From Octopus vulgaris (taxonomy: Eukaryota): a stretch of DNA of 64,000 nt. The stretch covers positions 67,456,001 to 67,520,000 of the forward strand of contig OX597826.1 in NCBI GenBank assembly GCA_951406725.2. Direction: 5' to 3'. The position numbers and the translations under genes were made by a program. The notes beneath the pieces are model-generated. The model saw nothing but the letters and a program-made list of their open reading frames with translations. It ran no database searches and had not been told where the DNA came from. This document shows, in pieces, positions 17,166 through 32,025 of this stretch; within the stretch, counting starts at the first letter, position 1, and each line of letters opens with the position of its first letter.

Positions 17166-17803
17166 TTAAAAATTAATGCTCATTCACAGAATATCTAGTT
17201 CAACAGTTAATGCCAGGGCTAATCCTACATAACATGCAATTATCATTCGTGCATAAGGTATTCTCAAAGTGGTTATGTCCTACATAGTTGTGATGTGATG
17301 GAGTTTCTTGGCTTTTCAACACTCTTAATGTTGAGTTTGGTGTCCTTCAGAGCATTCCTAAATCTACGAGATAATTCTTCATGGGCTGTGGCCTCTACAA
17401 ACATCACTCCTTGATATTTGCCGGTTTTATACCACGTGATCGCCCTGCTTGCTTTGTCACAAGTTATTTATAACCTATTCCATTCTTTGTTTCTATATTT
17501 AGGGCAGGTACCACTGGTATCCTTACATATAACTTAGCGGTTCAGCAAAAGCCTCCGATAGAATAAGTACTAGGCTTACAAAGAAAAAAATCCTGGACTC
17601 GATTTGTTCGACTAAATGTGGTGCTCCAGAACGGTTGTCGTCAAATAACTGAAACAAATAAAACACATATATATATATATATTCAATAAAGAGTGGAATA
17701 TAATTAATTTAATAAAATTAATCAATTTCACCTAGTAGATTTGTCGGTATGGAAAAGACCATATTTGGTAAGGGTTATAATAATATAATATATATGCAAA
17801 GTT

Positions 17804-17921
17804 TCAAAACCACATACCGAAAATATTAGAATAGTAGAGGAAATAGTGACCAATTTTGGCTGCTATTTCTAATATTTTCGGTATGTGGTTTTGAGCAACT
17901 TGTTGCATTTAACCTTTATTA

Positions 17922-17970
<49 letters not shown>

Positions 17971-18170
17971 CTTAACAGTTATTTATAATTAACAAACTGT
18001 TCGCCGTGGCTTCTTACAGACGTTTCAGTTAATACTCAGTAATTTAATTACAAATTTCGATATTAAATTATTGAGTATTAATTAAAACGTCTGTAAGAAG
18101 CAACGGCGTACAATTTGTTAATAATAAATAATTGTTAACTTCCTTATCTCTATTTTCTTTTCTTCTTTTG
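17804..18170. repeat. Two hairpins in TA-flanked Penelope-like fragments
   Basis: 28-bp arms at 17804-17831 and 17867-17894. A ~165-bp palindrome at 17972-18138 whose right arm is homologous to 23851-23950. Confidence 0.65.
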
Positions 18171-18729
18171 AATGGATATAAAATATATGCTTTAATGTAT
18201 ACCTAATGTTTTAAAGGAATTTCATTCCGAAAGAATACTTGGTATTGAACTAGTATTTCCTTGGATGCAACCATCCCTTCGCGAGGACAACACATCCTTA
18301 AATTAAATTATATATATGCATAAATGAGTATGTAAATACAAAGGAAAATATCACCTGTTTTCACATGTGAATATGCGTTTGTACTCTCTATTGTCATATA
18401 TCTTTATAACAACACATATACCAACGTATATACGCACAAATCACAGTTTCCCGTATATAGGTACACATAAGCACTCATATGCAAGCAAAAAAACAACAAC
18501 AACCTATATACATACATTAGAATACATATGTATATTTTTATAAGCGTTGTAAATACGTATATTTATATTCATTGAAACGAATACCCGCATATACACTTAA
18601 AAACTTCGTGAAAATGTTTACACACGTGCATTTATACTTATAGAAATGTAAAAATGTGTTCATATTCAAATATATTATACAAAAAATTATATCTACATGT
18701 GTTGCACATATATTTACCCATCTATCTAT

Positions 18730-18800
<71 letters not shown>

Positions 18801-18910
18801 ATAAGATTCATGTGCCTGTATCTGCTATACATATATACATACCTACATAATACATACATACATACATACATAGATACATACATGCATACATACATATATA
18901 TATATATGTA

Positions 18911-18971
<61 letters not shown>

Positions 18972-19518
18972 GAATAGATACATATATATATATGCTTATA
19001 TACAGGTATATATATATATATAATTATCTATCTATCTCTCTATATATATATATATATATATAAGTTTTACAAAAAGAAAATAGATGTACTTATATTTTAT
19101 ACGCACTGTTATAAATGTCATAAATATGTGTGTGAGTGAGTATTTATGCATATATATACATACGCCTGTGCACATACATCAAACCATAAACATATACACT
19201 CGAACATTTGAGTCTCACTAATTATATCAATATGCTTACGTATTTAAATGTACGCAACATCCCATGATGCTGTCACCACATGTTGGTTTCCATGAACATA
19301 TGTCTGTTTATGCATCCGTGTTTCTCTCAGCACAAATGCATAAATATAAAGTTGAAAATCTGTTCATATATATTCTACTATTCGCCACTGGTGCTTTACA
19401 GTTTGAATTTTGACGTCATGGTTTCCACTCTTTAGTATTCTGAAGTTAAATCTGTCTGCGATGCAGATGATAATATCTTAACTGTAACGTTAGATGAACG
19501 GTAATTGCGCGTTATGTG

Positions 19519-19574
<56 letters not shown>

Positions 19575-19767
19575 TTAATCAACCGAAATTGGTACGATGA
19601 TCCGGTTCTTGACTGAAGATTGAAGGCTTCGAATGTCCCGTCCGTGTTTTTTGTATCATCTTCTAAATGTTTTACGTTCTTATCCCAGTTTGTATTTTTC
19701 TACATAAAATGTTTTACGTTCTTTTCCCAGTTTGTATTTTTCTACATAAAATAATATATATATATAT

Positions 19768-20643
19768 ATCATCTTGATCACCTTGCTTGACCAGTCTGTC
19801 GGGTGTCCATTTGACACCGCTGATCACTGCACGCTGCCCACTCTTCTCTGGATCGCGCCTTTGTCATCCACTTGATCCCAATCGCCCTCCTGAAATCGTA
19901 TCTCCACCGTCACGGAGGCCTTCCGAGTGGTCGGTTCCGTTCGCGCGTGACCACTAGACAACTGCGCGGGTTCACCGATTATCGGTGAGCCGGGCGACGT
20001 GTCCAGCCCATCTAAACTTGCTGCGTGTATATTCTAAGATGACATCCCTCACGCCGGACTTCTCTCTGTTGACCTCGCTACTGATGTGCTCTCTCAACGT
20101 GATTCCAAGCATTGACCTCTCCATGGCTCTTCGTTACCAATCTCTGTTCTTCTCTCTTTGTTGTAGCCCATGTTTCAGTACCACATAACATTGCAGGTAG
20201 AACTGTGCTATTGGTGAGGTTGGCGCGAGTGGTCCTGTCCAACCTTCCCTTGAGCACATCCCTTATGCCATTAAACACCTTCCATCCGGACCTTACTCTC
20301 CGTGAGATCTCCTTTTCGAATATCTCGGCACATATTCATTTCCTGTCCCAGGTAGACATATTCCATTTACCTCCTCTATTTCATCACTGTCGATCACCAT
20401 TCGACCTGTTGGTACGTTGTCTGACCGCATGAACTTCGTTTTCATGCGGTTCATCTTGAGACCTACTGCAGAGCTATTGATGTCGAGCTCCGTCAGCATG
20501 GTCTGAAGCTGATCCGTGTTCTCAGCGATGATTAGGATGTCATCAGCGAAACGGAGTCTGGTGAGTAGCTCGCCAGTGATGTTGACACCGCCTTGCCAGT
20601 CAATGCCTCTGATGATCTGCTCGAGATATGCGGTGAAATCGAT
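19768..20643 (-). mobile_element. RTE-clade LINE 3' fragment (RT C-terminal half plus tail), decayed
   Basis: GGVNITGELLTRLRFADDILII..LQTMLTEL..VGLKMNRMKTKFM..YVYLGQ..STVLPAMLCGTETW..KFRWAGHVARLTDNR..GRPP.RW. Confidence 0.9.
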
Positions 20644-20664
20644 AACATACACACAAACACACAA

Positions 20665-20698
<34 letters not shown>

Positions 20699-20700
<2 letters not shown>

Positions 20701-20920
20701 TTCTTTACGGCCCACAAGGGGCTAAACATAGAGGGGACAAACAAAGACAGACAAAGGGATTAAGTCGATTACATCGGCCCCAGTGCGAAACTGGTACTTT
20801 ATTTATCGACCCCGAAAGGATGAAAGGCAAAGTCGACCTCGGCGGAATTTGAACTCACAACGTAATGACAGACGAAATACCGCTAAGCATTTCGCCCGGC
20901 GCGCTAACGTTTCTGCCAGC
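20699..20920 (-). mobile_element. SINE family A
   Basis: Near-consensus reverse copy with the CCCCTTGTGGG..TAAAGAAAT tail variant. Confidence 0.9.
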
Positions 20921-21060
20921 ACACACATATATATAAACAGTCCTCCATATACTACCAACATATATATAAATACGCTTGACTCTTGAAGTGTACATATGTG
21001 TTTGCTTCCCTCTGCCTAAGTCAGTAGCAAGCTACACAGCTACCACGCCAGACTGTCCTC

Positions 21061-21132
<72 letters not shown>

Positions 21133-23147
21133 CAACACTTAAACTAAAAATAATTATATGCCCAAATAACCAATCGTTTATAAACAAGTTTATGGACTTC
21201 TTAATTACTTCATGTTTTTCGAAGACCTTACCATTTCTAGTTGGTGATATTTATGCATGGCCCTATCTCATTTCTTTTTATAGAAATATTCCGCTTGATT
21301 CACATATAATATAAAGACATTTCATTGTTATTAAAGACGAAACTCATTACTTCCTTGCGGAGATTCATTGTTTTTATTTCATTTTTTCATTGAAATTATG
21401 TAGTTGAGGAATCAAAAGCAAGAAAATGCTTTCCACTTTTTAGGCTCAGAAAAATAATTCTAATTTTCATTATAATATTTAAATACAAAGAAATGGGAAA
21501 GAATGCGATATAAGGAAAGAAAAGGAAGAAGAGAAAAAGGCGTTGGTGTAAATCAGCATGAGATGCAGGGGAAGGGCATTGGGACATATATTCCAGAAAA
21601 ATCGGTGTGCTCAAATTTAATACTATTTCAAAGGCGAATTCTACCTAACTGAAAATGTCATAAACTAACTTAATAGTGTCAGTATCAGCTACAAACATTC
21701 ACAAAAGACACTATCAATATATCGCTGGAGGTTGAGATGTTTTCTATGCTGCTATTTCCTATAAGTAATCGTTTGTGTGGCAGAAAACACCCGTTCTGTC
21801 CGTTAAAACGACAAACATGCCGTACAAATAATTTATTTGGACGTCTTGCACATTTAAACACCTGGCGTGTCAGCTGCTCCAACATTTTTTCTTTATTGCG
21901 ACAAAACGCACAGCAACGGATAGCTAGCAGCTTCTTGCGTGAGATGTAATATTTGTCGAGTTGGTAATATTGGTTTAGATATAAAACCGAATTGGAAATT
22001 GCCAGCTATATGTATTATTGGTGGATGACCGACTATGCTTAGCATCATTGTTGTATCTAGGGGAGAAATATTGACAGGAAAATCAGTTATAGAAGACCTA
22101 ATCGCCTGAGAGCGGAAAAAAAAACATCTTACAAACTGTATGTTTGAAAACTTGCAATTTCCTACATAAATCATTAGGAATATCTATGGTTTCGACATAA
22201 ACAACTGCCGACTTTAAGATAGTATATGGTAAATTAATAATATAAATTGTTGCTTAAAAGGAAAGTATGTAATTCTAAGATATTGGAATTAGTAGCAGAT
22301 AGCTTATGTAAGAATGTAGAAAAAAAAAAGAAAATGTTTACAGACGACGGATAAATAGAATGTGTTAGGAAGTCAATAAAACATAGTTTTGAAAATAATC
22401 TTACTGAGGTAAACCATATAATGAACACTGACAGGTATTCATATCAATGTAAACATATAAAATGTCTAAGTTAAGTAAAACAAATAAAAGTTAACATCGA
22501 AGATGTGAAAGAAAATATAAAATGATTATTAGCGATAAAGTATCATTCTAATCTGACTTTACTACAAGAAAAAATATTCTGTTAGAATGAAAACTGTGTC
22601 AATATATTTTTCACATTGAAACAAACTTCCAAAGTTAAGTAAACTTTGTATTACACTGAATTGCAAACAAATAAAAATGTTAGTAAACGAAATAATTTCA
22701 TATGTAATACAATTATATATATATATATATATATAAAAGACAATATTAATAATTTTATTGAAATTATCCGTTGATGCGTGTGTGTCTTTCTATGTGTATG
22801 TGAGCGGTGTATAGAATTATGTGTATGTTGTCTACGCAAGTATACAATGAGTTAGATATAGTCTTGCTTCAGAGAAAAATCTTTCGTTCGAAATCTGTGT
22901 AGTTAGAGCATGTTACAATCCGAGTGATATCTCGTATTTCAGACAATGTTGTTTTGGATTACTTTCGCCCCCTCAGTGATGGGCGTTAGATGTCATGCAG
23001 AACCGAACAGGAACTTCCTGTTCAATGTACAAATTAGGAACAAAGCGTTTACTGGAAGATACTTATACAAATTTATTATTCTTACACAAGAATGTTGCTG
23101 ACAGTAACTTCGACGTTTCGCCATCTAAGCCATCGTCAGAATTCAGT

Positions 23148-23480
23148 GGGCGCATGGCTCAGTGTCTCGAGCGTTATACTCACAATCAGGAAGTATTTAC
23201 TTCGATTTCCGGACTGGGGTCTGTGTTGTGTTCTTGAGCAAGGCACTTTATTTAACGTTGATACAGTTCACTCAGCTGTAGAAATGCGTCGCGACGTCAC
23301 TGGTGCCAAGCTGTATCGGTCTGTTCCTTTCCTTTGGATAACATCGGTGACGTGGAGAAGGGAGGCTGGCGTGCATGGGCGACTGCTGGTCTTCCATAAA
23401 CAGCTTTCCCCGGATTTGTGCCTCAGAGGGTAACTTTGTAGGTGCAATCGTATGGTCATTCATGACCGAAGGGTGTCTCT
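23148..23480 (+). mobile_element. tRNA-derived SINE family D
   Basis: A box TGGCTCAGTG, B box TTCGATTTCC, followed by TTGAGCAAGGCACTT..CACTCAGCTGTAGAAATG (CORE/V-SINE-like central motif). Confidence 0.75.
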
Positions 23481-23524
23481 TGCACTTTATACACACACAC
23501 ACACACACACATACACACACACAT

Positions 23525-23563
<39 letters not shown>

Positions 23564-23655
23564 AGTAGGAGATGTGTAAACCTCATGAAATGATGGTTTC
23601 ATCCAGGGTAATACTGGTTCAATACCTAGTGTCTTGGAGGAATTAATTTCTTTGA

Positions 23656-23711
<56 letters not shown>

Positions 23712-23714
23712 CTT

Positions 23715-23945
23715 GTATTCATAAAAGGGAAGAAAAAGAAAATGGAGTCTGCTATAATGAATCCATAAACAAATATAAAACATCAAAGGGTATATTTTTC
23801 CTTCTGAAGATATGCTCAAATTATATAAGCTTGAAATTTACTTAATATTTACTGAGTATTAATTGAAACAGCTGTAAGGGATGATTGATATGCTGTTATT
23901 AATAAACAATTATTAACTTCCCAATCTCCATTTTCTTTTTCTTCT

Positions 23946-23950
<5 letters not shown>
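23715..23950 (+). mobile_element. TA-flanked Penelope-like fragment with hammerhead-like motif
   Basis: CCTT-CTGAAGA-(ATGCTCA..TGAGTAT)-..GAAA-C-AGCT-G-TA-AGGG at 23800-23880. Homologous to the 18070-18170 arm. Confidence 0.5.
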
Positions 23951-23995
<45 letters not shown>

Positions 23996-24219
23996 CAAAG
24001 TATACCAATGGCGGTGCCCCAGCATGGCCACAGCTCATTAGCTGAAACTAGAAAAATCAAAATCAAATCAAAATCATATATATATGTGTGTGTGTGTATG
24101 TGTGTGTGTGCGTGCGTGTGTGTGTGTGTGTTTGCATATGTGTGTTTGTATGTGTGTGTGTTTTCGTAGCATCCCTTGGAGTTTGAAAGTGATAAATGAG
24201 TAGTTGCATAACGTATATA

Positions 24220-24624
24220 CTCTCTTTTACTCTTTTACTTGTTTCAGTCATCTGACTGCGGCCATGCTGGAGCACCGCCTTTAGTCGAGCAACTCGACCC
24301 CGGGACTTATTTCTTTGTAAGCCCAGTACTTATTCTATCGGTCTCTTTTGCCGAACCGCTAAGTGACGGGGACGTAAACACACCAGCTTCGGTTGTCAAG
24401 CAATGCTAGGGGGACAAACACAGACACACAAACACACATATATATATATATACATATATACAACAGGCTTCTTTCAGTTTCCGTCTACCAAATCCACTCA
24501 CAAGGCATTGGTCGGCCCGAGGCTATAGCAGAAGACACTTGCCCAAGATGCCACGCAGTGGGACTGAACCCGGAACCATGTGGTTGGTTAGCAAGCTACT
24601 TACCACACAGCCACTCCTGCGCCT
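24220..24624 (-). mobile_element. SINE family B, full length
   Basis: Reverse complement GGCGCAGGAGTGGCTGTGTGGTAAG..GGTTCAGTCCC..TTGGGCAAGTG..(GTAAAAGA)n tail. Confidence 0.9.
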
Positions 24625-25325
24625 ATATATATTTTACATGCACATGGTACATATTGTCACATCATACCCACCAAAATATATACCTACATAACCCTTAATG
24701 TAATCCTTAATGTCGGATTGTTATAACGCCCGCTCTGGTATAATCAGTAAGATAAGTAAGATCCTGACTATTTCCGACCGTCTACTACGTACTTTCGCGC
24801 TCTCAGTATATATATACTGACCGACGTCACCTTATTTATAGCGAGTAAGATATACCATTCCTCAAGTGGGAAGGGTATACCATTATTTATCCTCACAATA
24901 GATGTGTCTTATTTAGTGGATGGTGGTACAAAGAAAACAAAAGAATCTTCAAATGAATTTGTTTATTCTATGCTGATATAATTCGTACATTTACTGTCAA
25001 GGACACAGGAGACTTGGCACATCTATTAATGCAAGATGCAAAAGAAATTTCACGCCCCTATTGATACATAAAACATACATATTTTCACAGTGACATGTAC
25101 TTACACGCACATATACACGCTCCTACTATCACACGTACTAAATATGCACACATGCACATACAAAAACACTCAGACATGAACATGCACACGTATATGTATA
25201 CGCATGCATATATATATGTGTGTGTGTGTCTGTGTGTGTATGTATGCATGATTACAAGTATATATATGTACATATAGTAATCACTATATTCGTACAGACA
25301 GGCGAGCACACACAGACACGCGTAC

Positions 25326-25356
<31 letters not shown>

Positions 25357-27779
25357 CGTGTGTGTGTGCGTGTGTGTATGTTTGTGTGTATGGGTGTGTG
25401 GCGGTGGGAATGGGTGAAAAATTGATAACCAATATAGGCTTATATACTGACACATAGTAATGTATTCACCCAAAAAAAATAAACACCCTATGTATATTTA
25501 CATGTATGTTAGAACTATTCAATACAAATGTATTCTCAAAGTATACCAAGGAAAATAACTATAAACCTCGTAAATGTTTAAAATTTACTAAAATTTTACA
25601 CATTTACAATAGAGTCTACATCTGTAAAATAGATGAAACCGATCCATATGCAAATAAATAAATATACAAATATACTGAAGATATACAGCAGAAAATATTG
25701 TTGTGAAAGTCTACAAGGATATTGATAAGCTGCCAATGAATGGTTCATAGTAGAAGAATGAACATATGAAAATTCATGTTTTGCAGAAATAATAAAATGA
25801 AAAAAAAATGGCTGTGTAAATTATTGCTAATGTAGACATAACAATAGAATATGCAACAATCTATTTCGAAATTTGTTAAACCGGTAGGCAAGTTATTCGG
25901 TTTAAATTAAACGGATTTTAGAAATATTTTCTTTATAGACTAGATGCAAACTTTTCAAATCCTCTTTTATTGTGGAACAGATAAACAATGTAATTGAAAG
26001 CGAAATCATGCCATGTTACTTCAGTTTCCAAATATAGATCTATACAGATGTGTTAAATTTACTATTATGATTTAGAAAGCCATGTGAGTGTGAATATAGA
26101 GTTGTATTAAAAGTTTGTAAGTCCTTTGTAAGTTATTTCTTTACTACACCTGCTGGAATGAAACTGTATGGAACAGCTGGAGAGAAATGTTAGAAGCAGT
26201 GGCATTAGTCTTACCCAGAAGATAACCGGAAGAAGCTATCCCTACAATGGCGGGTTGGTTGATAAACACCTAAATTACTCACGATATTTTTTTACTTATC
26301 ACATTAACTACCTTGCCTGGCATAGTATCAGCATGGCCGCAGCTCTGAGCTGAAACTAGAGAGAGAAAAAAAACTCCTTGCTAAGCTATTCGTAAAGGAA
26401 TAGGCGTTTTTAAAGTCTCTGCAGCGTATCGTGTGACTATTTGTATGATAAAATTTAACTATGTTAAATTAGGATCAAATTTAACAGGATAAATTTTGTG
26501 TAGTATAATAGTTTAAATTTAGCCATGACGCATGCATTTAGGATTAATTTTCAAAGCTGTATTTGACAGGGATACAGATCTTTTCCTTGTCACCGACATC
26601 TTTCAAAGTATTTCTTGTATTACGTCATCTCAACAAATATATAGGATTAGTCTATGGGTAGTGTGCAACGCATTACATTTGTCCCCTCGGCAAATATCAA
26701 GCTTTAATAACAAACCTTACCGTGCCGTATCTCCTTCCCACCAATATACGTGATGGCATTCAACTATTAACCAGATTTGCTCCAGATGTTCTTTTCCGAG
26801 ACAGTAGCTTTGGTAATGCAGAGACAGGTGAAGTACTTGTTTGTAAAAGAGTTTTGTATATAAAGCACCTGCTTTTGTCTAAGTAGTGTCAAACAATTAT
26901 TCGTCTATTCATCCTATGACTAAAGAACATGTGTTAGCAGCTATGCTTTCGAGAAGCAAAACTGCTCCTTCACTCAAATTTTTAACATTATTTTCATTTG
27001 ACAAATGTTATGTGTGGGAGTGTCTGAGTACTGCTTTTATTATTATTTTTCCCGCTGATTCGCTAGGATCGCCCACATTAGTACTCATCTCCACAGAAAT
27101 TCGAATGTATTTTACTGCAAAATATTTGTGTGTGGTGGTTCTGGACTATGTTTGTTCGTGTGGAGGTTTTCTTATTTAACGTTTCTTCATAATTGATCGG
27201 TGTCTATAGTCAGAATGTTTACATTTGTTTAAAAAAAAAAAAATTAATAAAACTAAAATGAAATACGTCTGACATAGACGTTTATCTCCATCTCGACCTT
27301 TTGTAGGTAGGCTTCCGAATTGCAGTACTAAAGTAAGTTTTTTTTCTTTTTTTTTTTTACATAAGATATACTAGTTCTTATAAAACATCAAAACCTATTC
27401 GTTCATGAAAGTTATAGCTGTCAAAATCCAGAATATCGAAAAACGATGTGAAAACACGTCTGAACAGGTCAGCAGTGTACAACAACAACAGCACAGCAGT
27501 AACAACATCAACAGGAATAACAACGACAGCCAAGAACAAGAACAAGAACACAAACAGCAACAACAACAACACCTATAACAACACCAATAATAACAGCAAC
27601 AACAACAAAAACAACAATAATAATATCAGAATTTTTTTCAAGAATTTCGAGTGCATGTCATCTACAAAACATTTTATTGCTTCTACACAAAATTCAACAA
27701 GATATTTATAACTGGAAATTGTTAAATAGAATAATAGCATTCTAAGTGGATGTTTTACACAAAAACTAGTATATATTAT

Positions 27780-27930
<151 letters not shown>

Positions 27931-28504
27931 TGTAACAAGAGGAATAGAAAAGCCTCCACAAAAGCAATCACTATAAGAAAGCCAAACTAAATCAATAGAA
28001 ATATCAAAGAAATCAACAGTAAAAATAAACAATTGTTAAAATCTACAGATCTTGAAAATTCCGACAAAGTTTAATTACTTTGCAGCACTTAATTGAGTCA
28101 TGATAATTCAGGAAGTATACTGGTGCCTGAGCTGCGATATTTGGTTAGATTTTCGGTTATTATTTGCAAGTAATCTTCTAAGTACCTTTGACTTGGTATT
28201 ATATCTACATTACAATTAGATACATATATACGTATGTAAGTATGTAGGTTTGTGTATGTATGTACGTACGCATGCATGCATTCGTGTAAGTATGTATGTG
28301 TGTATCTATGTATATAATTGTGTGTTTGTATAGAAATACATTGGATTGTGTATACGTATAGATGGATATGATTATGAATATAGGTGTGTGAATATGCAAG
28401 TATAATCATAAATATATACATAAATACAGACATATATAGACAGGCAGACAGAGAAATAGCTAAGCTAGCTAGCTAGCTAGCTACGTAGATAAGATACATA
28501 CCTA

Positions 28505-28588
<84 letters not shown>

Positions 28589-28683
28589 AGACACAAAGAG
28601 AAAGGTAGGAGAAGTAGCTATATAGATTTATAGCTGGATGGATAACTACACAATCACACACACATATATACCTATACAGATGA

Positions 28684-28729
<46 letters not shown>

Positions 28730-29208
28730 CGTCAAATACATTTGCCAACTGGATGTGGTGGTCCTACAGAGGACTGTGTTATTGTTGTTTTTAGCCCCAA
28801 GAAGAAATCTCCAGCTGGCCAACGAAACACACATGTATAAATATATATATATACTTACATGCATTCATATACAGACATATTATGTCTCTATAAACATAAC
28901 AGACACACACACACACACACACACACACATATCCATTTGTGTATTTTCACTTGCATATACGTATATCAATGCACACACTTATACAAACTCACACAATATC
29001 CAACGTTCAGTGTTCTACATTTGCAAATGGAGTAATTTCGAGATTTTCTGATTAATATCTTCTTAGAAATATATTAAATACGCTCATATATGCACCCACT
29101 CACAGACGCTCCCATTTACATAAATATACACGTGCTCATATGCATGCACATATATATACATATATATGCATACAAACACACACACACATATATATGCATG
29201 TATATACG

Positions 29209-29272
<64 letters not shown>

Positions 29273-29895
29273 CATATGTATATATTTAGTTATCTAGATA
29301 TACATACATATTTATATATTAATCCTATTAAGATATATGCATATACGTACAGAAATACATACATATATATGTATATGAATATATATATACCTTTAATTAA
29401 TATATATATAGTTATATCCATATGTGTGTGTGTGTGCGTGTGTGTGTACGTGTGTATGTGTGTGTACGTGTGGTGCTTCGATGGTAATACATTAGCAGTA
29501 ATTTCGTTAGGTTTGGTTATAAAACTAAAATAAAGTTCAAAAGTTGATGTCGCTGAAGTACAAAGTTATCAATGTAATATATCACACCTAGTGAATGGAT
29601 TTATACTTTAATATGAGGACTTGTAAAATTAGCAAAGCTATAATCATAATAATATTGATTTTTGATATTGGTAAAACGTACTAAATATTTTAATGAGAGG
29701 ATGTGATTGATTCAGACTTGTCTAACCTTTTGACTACTACTAAGCACTTGTCTACACACCTCCACCAAGTGAGGTGGAAACTAATAACAATTGTGTAGGA
29801 TTTCATTGTAAAACGTAAAGCAAGGTAGTGAAGTGTAACAAGAAATTTACTGTTGCGTTTAACTCACATTTCGAACAGCTTTTTTATATTGAGAA

Positions 29896-30275
29896 CTAGC
29901 AGTATCGCCCGGCGTTGCTCGGGTTTGTAAGGGAAATAACTATAAAGCATTTTTAGAGAGTTATAGCCAAAAAATAGCAAAAAGATGGAAAAAAATGATG
30001 GTAATTTTTTTTTAGTTAAAAAGGTGGAGTTGCGTCCCCTAGACAGTTTGCGGTTTGTGTTTCTGATTCTCGACCCCATGTCGAATTTATCAATTTTTTT
30101 CAGAACTGGGGGAACTTTTCAAAATTTTCGCTGCGTTAGTTTTGAATTATGACATTGGGCTATGTGTGTGTCAAGTTTCATCAGAATCGGTTGAAAACCG
30201 TGGTCAGGGTGAGGGTACAAGAAAACAGACACACTGAAACACGCACAGACAAACTGCCGTTTATATAGAGAGAGA
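29896..30275 (-). mobile_element. Non-autonomous Helitron, both termini intact (~380 bp)
   Basis: Minus strand begins A|TCTCTCTCTATATAAACGGCAG and ends with hairpin CCCGAGCAACGCCGGG, an 8-nt spacer and CTAG|T. Inserted between A and T with no TSD. Confidence 0.85.
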
Positions 30276-30281
30276 TAACGT

Positions 30282-30627
30282 GGACTCGCGGTTGTAGGAT
30301 CGCGGTTTCGATTCCTAAACAGGGCGTCGTGTGTGTTTATTGAGTGAAAACAGCTAACCTCCACGAGGTACCCGTAGTGGTGTGGGGGACCCTGTTGTAG
30401 TTTTTCACCACAGCTTTCTCTCACGTTTTCTTCCCGTTTCTGTTGTACCTGTATTTCAAAGGGCCAGCCTTGTCACATTCTGTGTCACGCTGAATCTCCC
30501 CCGCGAACTACGTTAAGAGTACACGTGTCTGTGGAGTGCTCAGCCACTTACACGTGAATTTCACGAGCAGGTTGTTCCATTGATCGGATCAACAGGAACC
30601 CACGTTGTCGTAACCGAAAGAGTACCA
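30282..30627 (+). mobile_element. SINE family C, 5'-truncated
   Basis: GGACTCGCGGTTGTAGGATCGCGGTTTCGATTCC (tRNA-like, B box), body ..GGGCCAGCCTTGTCAC..GTGTCTGTGGAGTGCTCAGCCAC..GTCGTAACCGA. Confidence 0.75.
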
Positions 30628-30644
30628 AGATTGAGAATAATAAA

Positions 30645-30857
30645 TTTCCAATTTTGGCGCAAGGTCTGCAATTTTAGGAGATAGGTAATTCTATTACACT
30701 AACCGTGATTTTCAACTTTTACTTATTTTATCGACCCCCAAGAGGATGAAAGGCAAAGTCGACCTCGGCGGAATTTGAACTCAGAATATTAAAGACGAAC
30801 ATAATGCCACAAAGAATTTTGGCCGGCGTACTATCGATTCTGCCAACTCGCCGCCTT
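30645..30857 (-). mobile_element. SINE family A
   Basis: TTTATCGACCCC..GGATGAAAGGCAAAGTCGACCTCGGCGGAATTTGAACTCAG..CTCGCCGCC. Confidence 0.85.
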
Positions 30858-30859
30858 TA

Positions 30860-32025
30860 ATGGTTTTGAATTTTGGCACATCTAGAATCGCTCAGCTCGT
30901 GTCCGTCTCGTTCCAACAAATACCGAATTGTGGTTTTGTTATCTCGCTCCGCTTTCACAACGCAGGTCCATTGAACAGCTTTTCTTCCCTCATTTCTCAG
31001 AGTACGCGCCTTAGCTCTGACAATGCAACCTTCTTGTTTCGCTTTGAAGAACTGGTCTAATGCCATTCTCGCTGCTAGCACGGCCGCTGCAATGTCACTA
31101 CAAATAGCCTCGTCTAACTTAGCTACCAGCTCCTCCACCTTTCTATTTTTCGAACGCTACTTCCTTGCTATACCCTATCGAAATTAGTTTAATATCTCTT
31201 TTGAGATATCTGTTTTTGACGACCCTTACCGTCAACTTTTGCTTAACCAAATTGTTGACCAGGTCTCCGTAAGCCTTACATGCTGGAAAAGATATGTTCA
31301 GCTTCCAGTAACCGAGTCTTAACGTACGCGTGTTATCTAGGTCGACCGTACAGATTACAAAATTGTGATCTAAATAAGTGACAGTTTTATAAAAATTGGA
31401 CAGCCTACACTATTACAATTTATTTTCCTAGTTAAAATCCTGTCTATATACGATCTAGATGACCATGTGCAGTTGGTCCAAGTCCACATTGGCGCATTAG
31501 GGAAATCTCGTCGGTACCTGTCATAGAATTGGAACTGGCTGATCAGGTGCTTGAGGCTTTAGCATTCCCCTATTCTAGCAGCTTCTCCCACACAATCCCA
31601 GCACACGTCGAAGATGCCTCTCCAGACACCCTACTAACAGTAAAGACAAGACGTACCCAGAAAGGCTTCCAGACGCGTAAAGAAATCCGGAAGTTTGGCG
31701 CCGATGAGGGCGTAGACAGCCACCAGTCAAAAAAAGCACCACCTTCGCTATTGCTCACTTCCTGGGCTACGAACGTACCGTCCGGATTCCGGAATATCGA
31801 CCTTGCCACGAAATCCAGGCTTTCCTAAATAGCACAGCCACCCCACCTCCCATTCCCGATCGATTTACAGATGCAAAAATCTGATAGTCGTCTAAAATGT
31901 GGGCTAGTGTGCGTGTGCTGGAAATCTTGGTCTCGCTGACAGCAGAGGCCATTGGGCAGGCGGCTCTGCTTCCAGGGTGACCCCAGGCCTCGAACATTTA
32001 AACTCCCTGCTCTTAATATGGCCAT
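30860..32025 (-). mobile_element. L1/Tx1-clade LINE ORF2 N-terminus (apurinic endonuclease domain), decayed and 3'-truncated
   Basis: MAILRAGSLNVRGL..SETK..GGGVAVLFRK..RLVAVYA..SRSYIDRIL..DH..GYWKLN..EGCIVRAKAR..EG. Confidence 0.85.

Noticed and set aside
19666-19752. 42-bp tandem duplication and a nearby CTGAAGA..GAA motif
   Set aside because: Simple local duplication; the hammerhead core is incomplete (no GAAA or stem III).
23148-23222. tRNA gene
   Set aside because: tRNA-like head of a SINE with no intact cloverleaf. The same applies to the other SINE heads.
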